A stretch of 64,000 nt of DNA from Syntrophaceae bacterium (GTDB lineage: Bacteria > Desulfobacterota > Syntrophia > Syntrophales > Smithellaceae). Shown here in pieces: positions 22,325-30,226 of this stretch. The stretch spans positions 11,157-75,156 of the forward strand of contig WRPE01000006.1 in NCBI GenBank assembly GCA_009773315.1, read 5' to 3'. The number at the start of each line of letters is the position of its first letter. Within the stretch, counting starts at the first letter, position 1. The notes under the pieces were generated by a model. That model saw only the letters and a program-made list of their open reading frames with translations, was not told the origin of the DNA and made no database searches. The translations under genes and the position numbers were made by a program.

Positions 22325-22885
22325 CTATTTGTTGCAAAATGTGCTTTCCAGTTGAGTAATCATATTTTGTTCTTCAGCAGATGTTTTACCTATACCTAAA
22401 AAGCCGCCGGCCGCTTCAGCGACAACGGTAACATGCGCCATAATTTCTTTCTTAAAATGAATTACTTCTTCATTGGTCATCTTATGGCATACCGCGTCCA
22501 CATAATGCTTCCATGCCGTTAGCAGTGACTCGGACGGTTTGTTTTTCAGCCATTGATCGAGCAACTCATAGCTGAGACTGTCCGACGTCCAGCCAAATTT
22601 GCTCACTGCACTAAGGATCGCATCTTTCTCCTTCTGATCAACATCTCCGTCAGCCCAGGCAATTTCAATAAGTGGCACCAGTGAAATCGACGCGAGAGTT
22701 TCCGGGCGTAGATTCATGGCAATTAATTTTTCCAGCACCAGATCATCGTTTATTCCCGACACTGCCGCGAGCGCCTGCTTGGTTTCCTTCATTTGCTGCA
22801 TCGCGCGGTATTTCTCCGCCATCTTCTGATTTTCCTTGTAAAAAAACTGTTCCTCAAGATCATTGATTTTCCCTAATTCCGGCAT
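22325..22885 (-). CDS. TerB-like domain protein (function unknown)
   Basis: 186-aa helical ORF. The pattern IEIAWADGDVDQKEKDAI resembles TerB/tellurite-resistance-like domains. This is motif-level recognition only. Confidence 0.45.
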   Translation of the reverse strand: MPELGKINDLEEQFFYKENQKMAEKYRAMQQMKETKQALAAVSGINDDLVLEKLIAMNLRPETLASISLVPLIEIAWADGDVDQKEKDAILSAVSKFGWTSDSLSYELLDQWLKNKPSESLLTAWKHYVDAVCHKMTNEEVIHFKKEIMAHVTVVAEAAGGFLGIGKTSAEEQNMITQLESTFCNK

Positions 22886-23065
22886 ATACGTTCCTCCTTT
22901 TTAATCAATTATAGATTGGCGCGCATACTAGTTGAAAATCATGAATTAGGCAATATTTATCAAAAGTTGTTCCATAAATATTGGAAATATCAGGGTAAGA
23001 ACAGCCTTAAATGAGGCAGGCGAATCGTAGAAAATGTTGCTGCTTTTCTAATTTTTCAGAATACT

Positions 23066-23398
23066 TTAGCCTTCAGTTGTCTTCTCTAGCGCGTCATCAA
23101 TCCAGCGCACATATTCTTTGCTGCCTTTAACAATCGGTACGGCTATAATCTCCGCTGTTTCATAAGGGTGCAGGTTTTTAATCACGGTTTCCACTTTATT
23201 GTAAAGATTATCCCTTGTTTTAATCAAACAGAACCACTCCTGCGTTTTTTCCACTTTGCCCTTCCACCGATAAATACTGGTAATGGGACCGGTAATCTGC
23301 ACACAGGCAGCCAGCTTTGTCTCCACCAGATGTTGAGCGAGTGTTTGCGCCTGCTCTTTGGTTTCCGTGGCGGTCGTCACTTGAATGTATGATATCAT
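23066..23398 (-). CDS. cutA: Divalent-cation tolerance protein CutA
   Basis: 110-aa ORF with CutA1 signatures (AACVQI...SIYRWKG, HPYETAEI). Confidence 0.85.
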   Translation of the reverse strand: MISYIQVTTATETKEQAQTLAQHLVETKLAACVQITGPITSIYRWKGKVEKTQEWFCLIKTRDNLYNKVETVIKNLHPYETAEIIAVPIVKGSKEYVRWIDDALEKTTEG

Positions 23399-23422
23399 TT
23401 GTTCTTCCTTAAAACTTAAATC

Positions 23423-24205
23423 TTAAATCTCTTTCCTCATCTCATACATCATAATTGTTGCTGCTTGCGGTAGGCTCAAAGAATCCGTCCGAGCATTACC
23501 GGGTATGCACCAGCGCTCATCGGCAAACGCCAATAAATACTCAGGCAGGCCATGACTCTCACTACCTAAAAACAGAGCTGCTTTTTGTGGCAGCGGGCGC
23601 GGCGGTAGTCCCTGGTGTACATCGCTGCCCACAAGATAATGATGCTTTTTTATTTGCGGCAGTGCCGCTCTTAAATCAACATCAGAGACAATAGTCAAAT
23701 GAAAAAGGCTGCCCATCGAGGCACGGACAGCTTTGGGGTTCGTGTAATCAGCGGAGTTGGCGCTTAAAATTATGTTGCTAAAACCAAACCACAGTGCGCT
23801 GCGCATCAAAGCTCCGACGTTGCCGGGGTTGTTTGTCTCATGAAGAATTAAGATATTTCCCGGGCGCGTGGATAAAAAGGCAGTCAAATCCAGTTCCGGC
23901 TTGATTTGGACTACAGCCATTATCCCTTCCGGTTCCTTATCCTGGCTGAGTTTCTTCCACTGAGAGCGGGTCATCGAATAAATCGGTATATTGTTAGCTG
24001 TCTTATCTACCAGCCCCTCCCAGTCTTTGATTTTTTCCGGCAATACCAGAATGGCTTCTGTTTGCCCGTCACTCGATAATAGCTCCTCTACAACCTTTAC
24101 GCCTTCGACCAGAAAAATTCCTTCTGCCCGCCGCGCTTTGGTTTCGGTAAGCCTAGCCCATTTTTTCAACTGGGTTTGTGAAGCGCTGGAAAGCTCAATT
24201 TGCAT
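23423..24205 (-). CDS. SpoU/TrmH-family RNA 2-prime-O-methyltransferase
   Basis: I chose the start at MQIELSSASQ (ATG 24205), so the gene no longer overlaps its upstream neighbour. SpoU motifs are present (ILHETNNPGNVGALMRSA, LFLGSESHGL, IPGNARTDSLSLPQAA). Confidence 0.75.
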   Translation of the reverse strand: MQIELSSASQTQLKKWARLTETKARRAEGIFLVEGVKVVEELLSSDGQTEAILVLPEKIKDWEGLVDKTANNIPIYSMTRSQWKKLSQDKEPEGIMAVVQIKPELDLTAFLSTRPGNILILHETNNPGNVGALMRSALWFGFSNIILSANSADYTNPKAVRASMGSLFHLTIVSDVDLRAALPQIKKHHYLVGSDVHQGLPPRPLPQKAALFLGSESHGLPEYLLAFADERWCIPGNARTDSLSLPQAATIMMYEMRKEI

Positions 24206-24221
24206 AAAGATGCCGTCCCTT

Positions 24222-25553
24222 TTATAATATGCGGCGTAGCGCCTGAGCCGCGTTATGAATAATGTCCCATGACGCGCTGAACGGCGGGGCGTAAGCAAGA
24301 TCAATATAACCGATTTGATCAAGGTCCAGACCCGTCCACAGCGCCACGGAAAGGACGTTGATCCGTCCCACCGCTCCGGCAAAGCCAACAGCCTGCGCGC
24401 CCAGCAATTTTCCCGATGACCGGTCGGCAATCAATTTCAGGCCGATTTTTCTCACGCCCAGAGAAGGCGCCATCGCGCTGCCCCAGGTGATATTGCTTGC
24501 CGGCGAGTAACCTGCCGCGACCGCCTCTTGTTCCGATAGTCCCGTGGCCGCACATTCCAGATTAAACAGCCGGAAGGACTGTGCGCCGACGATGCCGTCA
24601 AAGGTGAGCGGTTTGCCGCCGATGTTGCGTCCGGCGACGCGGCCCTGTTTGTTGGCGATGTCACCCAGTGGCATGTTTACCCAGCGGCGGCTGACCTTGT
24701 GAAACGATTCGCAGCAATCGCCCACCGCATAGATATTTTCGATGGAGGTCTGCTGGGCAAAATTGACGCCAATCGCGCCGGATTGACCGATTTTCAAACC
24801 CGCCGATTTTGCCAGACGCGCGTCAGGCCGGACGCCGATAGCCAGCAGGACCAGATCGCCTTCATATTCGCCTTTATCCGTCGTGACACGAAGCGGCGCG
24901 CTTTTTCCCTTTTCGATCGATTGTGCTGTGGCGTTGGCTACAAATTCCACGCCGTGGGCTTGAAGCTCCTCAAGCATAACGGCCGACAGGGCAGCGTCCC
25001 AGCGGTTGGCTGGCAGCGCGTCCTTGTGGATGATGGTGGTATGAATTCCCGCGGCATGGAGCGCTTCACTCATTTCCAGACCGATGAAGCCTCCGCCGAT
25101 GATCACAACACGGTTGGCGCTTTTTTCTTTAAGCCAGGTTTTGATGGCGATAGCGTCTTCAAGATTCCGAAGCGAAAAAACGCCGGGTAGAGTGAGTCCC
25201 GGCATATCCGGCACAAACGCGGATGTGCCCGTAGCCACCACCAGAAAGTCGTAGGGTATGGGACGGTTATCCTGAATTTCGACAACACCTTTTGTCGGAT
25301 CAACACCGACCACGCGCGTCTGGAGCCAGACGTCGATGCCGCCTTCTTGGAACTTTTCCGGCGTGCGCGCGATCAGTTTGCCTTGGTCTTTGATTACATC
25401 GCCGATGTAATAGGGCATCGGTCAGGCGGCAACCGCGACAAATTTCCCTTGTTCCACCATCGTAATCCGCAGAGACGGATCGTTTCGTTTCGCTTCGGCG
25501 GCCGCTGAACCTCCGCCTGCGCCGCCACCGACGATCACCAGATTCTTTCCCAT
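24222..25553 (-). CDS. Predicted selenoprotein: pyridine nucleotide-disulfide oxidoreductase (NADH oxidase / CoA-disulfide reductase-like) with Sec44 encoded by in-frame TGA at 25424-25422
   Basis: The track ORF (24222-25418) lacks the FAD-binding N-terminus. The same frame stays open upstream through one TGA to ATG 25553 (GGAGG RBS). This gives MGKNLVIVGGGAGGGSAAAEAKRNDPSLRITMVEQGKFVAVAA-U-PMPYYIGDV. The GxGxxG motif is restored, and the TGA falls where this family has its redox Cys (C-x-x-P-Y). Confidence 0.7.
25393..25411 (-). promoter_or_regulatory. SECIS-like hairpin downstream of the in-frame UGA
   Basis: Minus strand reads AUUACAUC-GGC-GAUGUAAU: a perfect 8-bp stem with a G-containing 3-nt loop. 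It begins 10 nt after the UGA, close to the ~11-nt spacing known for E. coli fdhF. Confidence 0.5.
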
Positions 25554-25566
25554 AAAACCTCCTGAT

Positions 25567-26412
25567 TTATTTCAATAAAGAGGAAGCTTGTTTACGCCAG
25601 AGTATGATGGCAATACCCGCCAGCATCATGATTATACACAGGACTTGTCCCATCGTGTTGAATGCCAGAACAAACCCCAGGTGTGCATCCGGCTCGCGGA
25701 AAAACTCGATAATGAAGCGCACCAGACCGTATCCGAAAATATAAAGGCCGATCATGAAGCCGTCGAAGGGATTTCGCTTACGAAGCAACCACAGGACGAC
25801 AAATAGAAACAGGCCCTCGAACAGGGCTTCGTATAGCTGTGACGGATGGCGCAGACTCTGTGTCGCATCCTGCGGAAAATACATTCCCCACGGCGCCGTG
25901 GTCACGCGACCCCAAAGTTCGCCGTTGATGAAATTGCCGAACCTGCCGAACATGTAACCCAGGGGTGCTGCCGCGCACAACCAGTCGCCGAATTGCCAAT
26001 ATCGAATCTTGTGTTTACGGCAGAACAAAAGGGTTATTCCCGCTACGCCGATCAGGCCGCCGTGATAAGACATGCCGCTCAAACCGACAAACCGGAAGCC
26101 ATTAGAAAAATCAAATGGTATAATAATTTCGAGCGGATGGGACATGTAGTAGTTGAAATTGTAAAATAGAGCGTAACCGAACCTTGCGCCGACAATCAGG
26201 CCAACCATCGCCCAGACGAGATAATCCTGCACAACTTCCGTGGTTATTGTGATTTCTTTGCGTTTAATCCGGTAGGCAAACAAGAAATACACGACAGCGA
26301 AAGCCACCAGATACATGAGGCTGTAATATCGCAGTTGAAAAGAGCCGATGCTGAAAAGCGTGGGACTGATGTGCGAGGGCAGATGCTGCCAGGCGCTGAT
26401 AAAAGATTCCAT
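25567..26412 (-). CDS. lgt: Prolipoprotein diacylglyceryl transferase
   Basis: 281-aa polytopic ORF with Lgt motifs (GRFGNFINGELWGR, HPSQLYEA). Confidence 0.9.
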   Translation of the reverse strand: MESFISAWQHLPSHISPTLFSIGSFQLRYYSLMYLVAFAVVYFLFAYRIKRKEITITTEVVQDYLVWAMVGLIVGARFGYALFYNFNYYMSHPLEIIIPFDFSNGFRFVGLSGMSYHGGLIGVAGITLLFCRKHKIRYWQFGDWLCAAAPLGYMFGRFGNFINGELWGRVTTAPWGMYFPQDATQSLRHPSQLYEALFEGLFLFVVLWLLRKRNPFDGFMIGLYIFGYGLVRFIIEFFREPDAHLGFVLAFNTMGQVLCIIMMLAGIAIILWRKQASSLLK

Positions 26413-26415
26413 TGT

Positions 26416-27378
26416 TTAGTATTTTTGTCCTTTCACGTCATCGATATACAACTCCACGCTGTGGACGGCGTTAGCGCCGTCGCCCGCGGCTGTGACAACC
26501 TGGCGAAAAAGCTTGGAGCGGCAATCGCCCGCGGCAAAAATACCTGCGGCATTGGTTCGCAAATGTTCATCCGTTATTATAAAACCGGTTTTATCCATTT
26601 CCACCAGCCCTTGAAACATTTCCGTGTAAGGCAGGCGACCGACAAAAATGAAAGCGCCATCGGCGGCCATTTCGCGGATCACGCCGGTGCTGACATCCCT
26701 TATCTTGACACCTGTAACAAACTCAGTGCCGGTGATTTCCGTAATCGTTGCGTTCCAGATAAATTCAATTTTCTTTTCGGCAAAAGCCCTTTTTTGCAGT
26801 ATTCCCGCCGCGCGCAGTCTGTCGCGGCGATGAATTACAATTACTTTTTTGGCAAAATGTGTCAGGAAAAGCGCTTCCTGAACGGCTGTGTCGCCGCCGC
26901 CCACTACAATGACGTCGCGGTTGCGGTAAAAGGGCCCGTCGCAGGTGGCGCAATAGGATACGCCACGTCCTATAAATTCCGCTTCTCCCGGAACACCCAG
27001 ATTGCGCCACATTGCGCCTGTCGCGGCAATAATACTAAGTGTTTTATAGACTTTGTCTCCGGCGGTCACTTCCCAGACTACCTGGGCTGCAGGACTTTTT
27101 TTGACAGCCGTTACATCTTTGGGAAGAACTTCCAGGCCGAATTTTTGTGCCTGCTTTTTGAAAAGCTGCATCAGCTCAAACCCGCCGATGCCGTCGGGAA
27201 TGCCCGGGTAATTTTCTATCATATCCGTTATGGTGATCTGGCTGACTGTGCCCGCGCCTTCGATGAGCAGCGTCTTCAGCGCGGCGCGCGCGGCGTAGAT
27301 GCCGGCCGTGTAACCTGCCGGTCCGCCACCGATAATGACAACATCATAATCATATTCCGGCAAGTTTGCCTGCGTCAT
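26416..27378 (-). CDS. trxB: Thioredoxin-disulfide reductase
   Basis: 320-aa ORF with the redox motif CATCDG and GGGPAG / GGGDTA dinucleotide folds. Confidence 0.92.
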   Translation of the reverse strand: MTQANLPEYDYDVVIIGGGPAGYTAGIYAARAALKTLLIEGAGTVSQITITDMIENYPGIPDGIGGFELMQLFKKQAQKFGLEVLPKDVTAVKKSPAAQVVWEVTAGDKVYKTLSIIAATGAMWRNLGVPGEAEFIGRGVSYCATCDGPFYRNRDVIVVGGGDTAVQEALFLTHFAKKVIVIHRRDRLRAAGILQKRAFAEKKIEFIWNATITEITGTEFVTGVKIRDVSTGVIREMAADGAFIFVGRLPYTEMFQGLVEMDKTGFIITDEHLRTNAAGIFAAGDCRSKLFRQVVTAAGDGANAVHSVELYIDDVKGQKY

Positions 27379-27595
27379 AACAATCTCCTGTTGTTTTATC
27401 GCTGACTTTAATCAGGAAGAGAGGCTTTTGTAAAGACTAAATTGATAAGATTTCAAGCGCCAAAAGGAAAGAAAAGATATGCCTTATTGAAGTCGATGAA
27501 GATTTGGCGCGTTCATTGATGGAAGATTCCACGTCTTCCTGGAGCGATAAATACTTTAAAAACCGGACAACCTTCACCAGAGAATAATAATTTCC

Positions 27596-27624
27596 TTGAC
27601 AAACAAGATGACCGGTCATATTGT
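27596..27624 (+). promoter_or_regulatory. Sigma-70-type promoter with embedded palindromic operator, giving a (near) leaderless TetR mRNA
   Basis: TTGACA (27596-27601), 17-nt spacer, TATTGT (27619-27624). The ATG of the TetR gene lies 6 nt further on. The spacer contains the perfect 12-bp palindrome ATGACCGGTCAT (27608-27619). Confidence 0.5.
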
Positions 27625-27630
27625 GCCGCC

Positions 27631-28227
27631 ATGGTCAGGGAAAATATTCATATCAAAGAAAAACTGCTGGAAGTCGGCGCTACCTTGTTTTGCGAGCGGG
27701 GCTACCACGGTACGGGCATACAGGAAATCGTAGATGCATTAAGCATTCCGAAGGGGTCTTTCTACAGCTATTTTAAAAGTAAAGAAGGCTTCGCGGCAGA
27801 GATTGTCAAACATTATGCAGACCATGTCTCCGAGGTGTGGACTATCTTGATTGCCAAGGGACCCGATGATGACCCGCTTAAAATGCTGCGTAACGCTTTC
27901 GAGTCCATAATTCAGAGCCAGGATGCCTGCCGCGTCAAGACGGGCTGTCTTATAGGCAATCTGGCCGGAGAATTGGCGGAATCCAGTGAGTTATGCCGCG
28001 GCACCCTGAAATCGGTAATGGTTACCTGGTGTGACCGCGTGGCTTATCATCTCGAGCGCGCCCAGGTTCAGGGTACCGTGCGTCGGGACATTAAGGCAGA
28101 TAAACTTGCCCAATTCTGCTGGGATGCATGGGAGGGCAGTCTTTTGCGCATGAAGATAGAAAACTCGACGGAACCGATTCGCGACTGCGTTTCCCTTTTA
28201 TTTGATGTCTTCCTGAAGCCTAAATGA
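27631..28227 (+). CDS. TetR/AcrR-family transcriptional regulator
   Basis: 198-aa ORF with an N-terminal HTH (FCERGYHGTGIQEIVDALSIPKGSFYSYFKSKE). Confidence 0.85.
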   Translation: MVRENIHIKEKLLEVGATLFCERGYHGTGIQEIVDALSIPKGSFYSYFKSKEGFAAEIVKHYADHVSEVWTILIAKGPDDDPLKMLRNAFESIIQSQDACRVKTGCLIGNLAGELAESSELCRGTLKSVMVTWCDRVAYHLERAQVQGTVRRDIKADKLAQFCWDAWEGSLLRMKIENSTEPIRDCVSLLFDVFLKPK

Positions 28228-28297
28228 TTTCATTAATTTAATCTATGCCTGCTTGTAAATGGGCTTAAAAAAAGGAGTTAGAAAAGAGGAAATGAAT

Positions 28298-29122
28298 ATG
28301 AGTCTTTTTATGATCGATCAGAAAAAATGCAAGCGTGACGGCATCTGTGTGAAAGATTGTCCGGCACAGGTGATTGCTATGGCGGATAAAAACGCCTTCC
28401 CGTCACCGATAGAGGATGCCGAAGAGTTCTGCATCAACTGCGGCCACTGCGTAGCCGTATGTCCTCACGGTGCCTTGACGCTTTCGTCAATGCCTCTCGA
28501 TGCTTGTCCATCCCTGCAAAAGGACCTTCTTCCCGGACCGGAGGCCGTGGGGCAGCTTTTAAGGGCGAGGCGTTCCATCCGCCAGTACAAAACAGAACCC
28601 GTACCCCATGATCTTTTGGAGGATTTGATTGATCTGGCCCGCTATGCGCCCACGGGGAGCAATAAGCAGCAGGTGCACTGGACGGTTTTTGAAGACCCGG
28701 CCCAGCTGAAGCGCTTCGCAGCGATGGTGATCGATTTTACACGACAGAACCTTCCGGGCATTGCAGATGAGGACATGGTCCGGCGCATGCGTCGCATCAT
28801 CACCGCCTGGGATAACGGGAAAGACCGGATCCTGCGCGGGGCGCCAAACTTGATCCTGGTTCATTCCCCGGCCGACCTGCCTTTTGCCGAAGCGGACTGT
28901 GTGATCGCCCTGACCTATCTGGAACTCTATGCCTATGCCAAAGGGTTGGGAACCTGCTGGGGAGGCTATTTTACGGCAGCGGCCAATCTTCATGCACCCC
29001 TGGCCGAAGCCTTGAGCCTGCCCGCGGGCCACCAATGTTATGGCGCGATCATGTTAGGCTACCCCAAAACCGGCTATGAGCGAATTCCGCAAAGAAATGC
29101 ACCGCTGGTGACATGGCGGTGA
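28298..29122 (+). CDS. Ferredoxin-domain / nitroreductase fusion protein
   Basis: The N-terminus carries Cys motifs (CKRDGICVKDCP, CINCGHCVAVCP). A nitroreductase fold follows (RRSIRQY...PTGSNKQ). I chose the start at ATG 28298 (AGAGGA 7 nt upstream); the track start is 28259. Confidence 0.75.
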   Translation: MSLFMIDQKKCKRDGICVKDCPAQVIAMADKNAFPSPIEDAEEFCINCGHCVAVCPHGALTLSSMPLDACPSLQKDLLPGPEAVGQLLRARRSIRQYKTEPVPHDLLEDLIDLARYAPTGSNKQQVHWTVFEDPAQLKRFAAMVIDFTRQNLPGIADEDMVRRMRRIITAWDNGKDRILRGAPNLILVHSPADLPFAEADCVIALTYLELYAYAKGLGTCWGGYFTAAANLHAPLAEALSLPAGHQCYGAIMLGYPKTGYERIPQRNAPLVTWR

Positions 29123-29136
29123 GAGGAGAGAAAAAG

Positions 29137-30198
29137 ATGAAGGACGTTTATCAACGACTGGCCGAGTTTCTTGACACTTTTCCCCAGCGGTATCCGTTGC
29201 ATACGGAATCGGGAATCGAGCTGAGAGTGCTGAAACACATTTTCTCGCCCGAGGATGCGGAAATGGTGATGAAGCTCACCCCGATGCCGGAAACGGCCGC
29301 GGAGGTTGCCTGCCGCATCGGGGCGGATCCGGAAAAAACCGAACAGATGCTCTTTGAGATGTCCCACAGGGGGCAGATTTTTCGGATTGGGAAAGCCGGG
29401 AGTTATAAATATATGGCAACCGCATTCCTGGTGGGAATCATCGAGTTTCAAATGAATCGGATGACTCCTGAATTTGCCAAAGACATGGCGGAGTTTGGGC
29501 CGATTCTATTCGACGCCACCTGGATGAAAGGAAAAACGAGGGATCTGCGGACGATTCCCATTTCCGAGAGCGTGGACTCGGATGCCCAGGTCATGCCTTA
29601 TGAAAGTGCCGAGGCGGCCATCAAATCCTCCAAGTATATTGGTGTTTCCGATTGCATGTGCCGGAGACAGAAAGCACTTCTGAACGAACCTTGCAGCAAG
29701 CCAATGGAGGTGTGTTTCCATTTCGGCAGCGGCACCCATTATTTTGTGGAAAACGGTATGGGCCGCTACGTTGAGCAGGAAGAAGCCCTGGCCATTCTGA
29801 AGAAAGGTGAGGAAGCCGGTCTGGTCTGTCAGTTGAGTTCCTCCCAGAACGCCGTCGCCCTTTGCATGTGCTGTGATTGCTGCTGCGGCCCTCTTATCGC
29901 CTATAAAAAATGTGCTAAGCCCTCGGAGATGGTCAACAGCAGCTTCTTTGCCCGGGTGAGTGAAACCGATTGTATCGGCTGCGAGCTCTGTGAAGAGCGA
30001 TGCCCCATGGACGCAATTTCCATGGACGATGTCGCCCACGTCAACCTGGACCGCTGCATCGGTTGCGGCGTCTGCGCCGTCACCTGTCCCACCGAAGCAA
30101 TCAAGGTCTTCCGGAAAGACAAGGACAAGGAATTCGTCCCGGAGAAAGACCTGTTCACGGCGACCATGGCGATTCATCAACAACGAAGGGAAACATAA
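29137..30198 (+). CDS. Cys-rich iron-sulfur protein with C-terminal 2x[4Fe-4S] ferredoxin domain
   Basis: C-terminal CIGCELCEERCP and CIGCGVCAVTCP motifs, preceded by CMCRRQ...C and CMCCDCCCGP clusters. I chose the start at MKDVYQRL (GAGAGGAGAG RBS). Confidence 0.7.
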   Translation: MKDVYQRLAEFLDTFPQRYPLHTESGIELRVLKHIFSPEDAEMVMKLTPMPETAAEVACRIGADPEKTEQMLFEMSHRGQIFRIGKAGSYKYMATAFLVGIIEFQMNRMTPEFAKDMAEFGPILFDATWMKGKTRDLRTIPISESVDSDAQVMPYESAEAAIKSSKYIGVSDCMCRRQKALLNEPCSKPMEVCFHFGSGTHYFVENGMGRYVEQEEALAILKKGEEAGLVCQLSSSQNAVALCMCCDCCCGPLIAYKKCAKPSEMVNSSFFARVSETDCIGCELCEERCPMDAISMDDVAHVNLDRCIGCGVCAVTCPTEAIKVFRKDKDKEFVPEKDLFTATMAIHQQRRET

Positions 30199-30226
30199 GA
30201 AAAATCGGAAGGAGCACAACCAAGCC

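Noticed and set aside
22930-22985. TGGAAC-N5-TTGA sigma-54-like sequence (minus strand) upstream of the TerB-like gene
   Set aside because: The -12 element lacks the essential GC dinucleotide.
24206-24430. 75-codon N-terminal extension of the SpoU methyltransferase ORF
   Set aside because: It would overlap the 3-prime end of the flavoprotein gene. The conserved SpoU-family sequence starts at MQIELSS (24205).
26335-27405. 356-aa plus-strand ORF
   Set aside because: It lies entirely antisense to trxB and the lgt start. The sequence is low-complexity and Arg/Gly/Ala-rich with no RBS.
29960-30226. N-terminal 89-codon extension of the DUF362-like ORF in the track
   Set aside because: It overlaps the 3-prime end of the preceding Fe-S gene in another frame and is Ser/Arg/Thr-rich junk. 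A GGAAGGAG RBS precedes the internal ATG at 30227.
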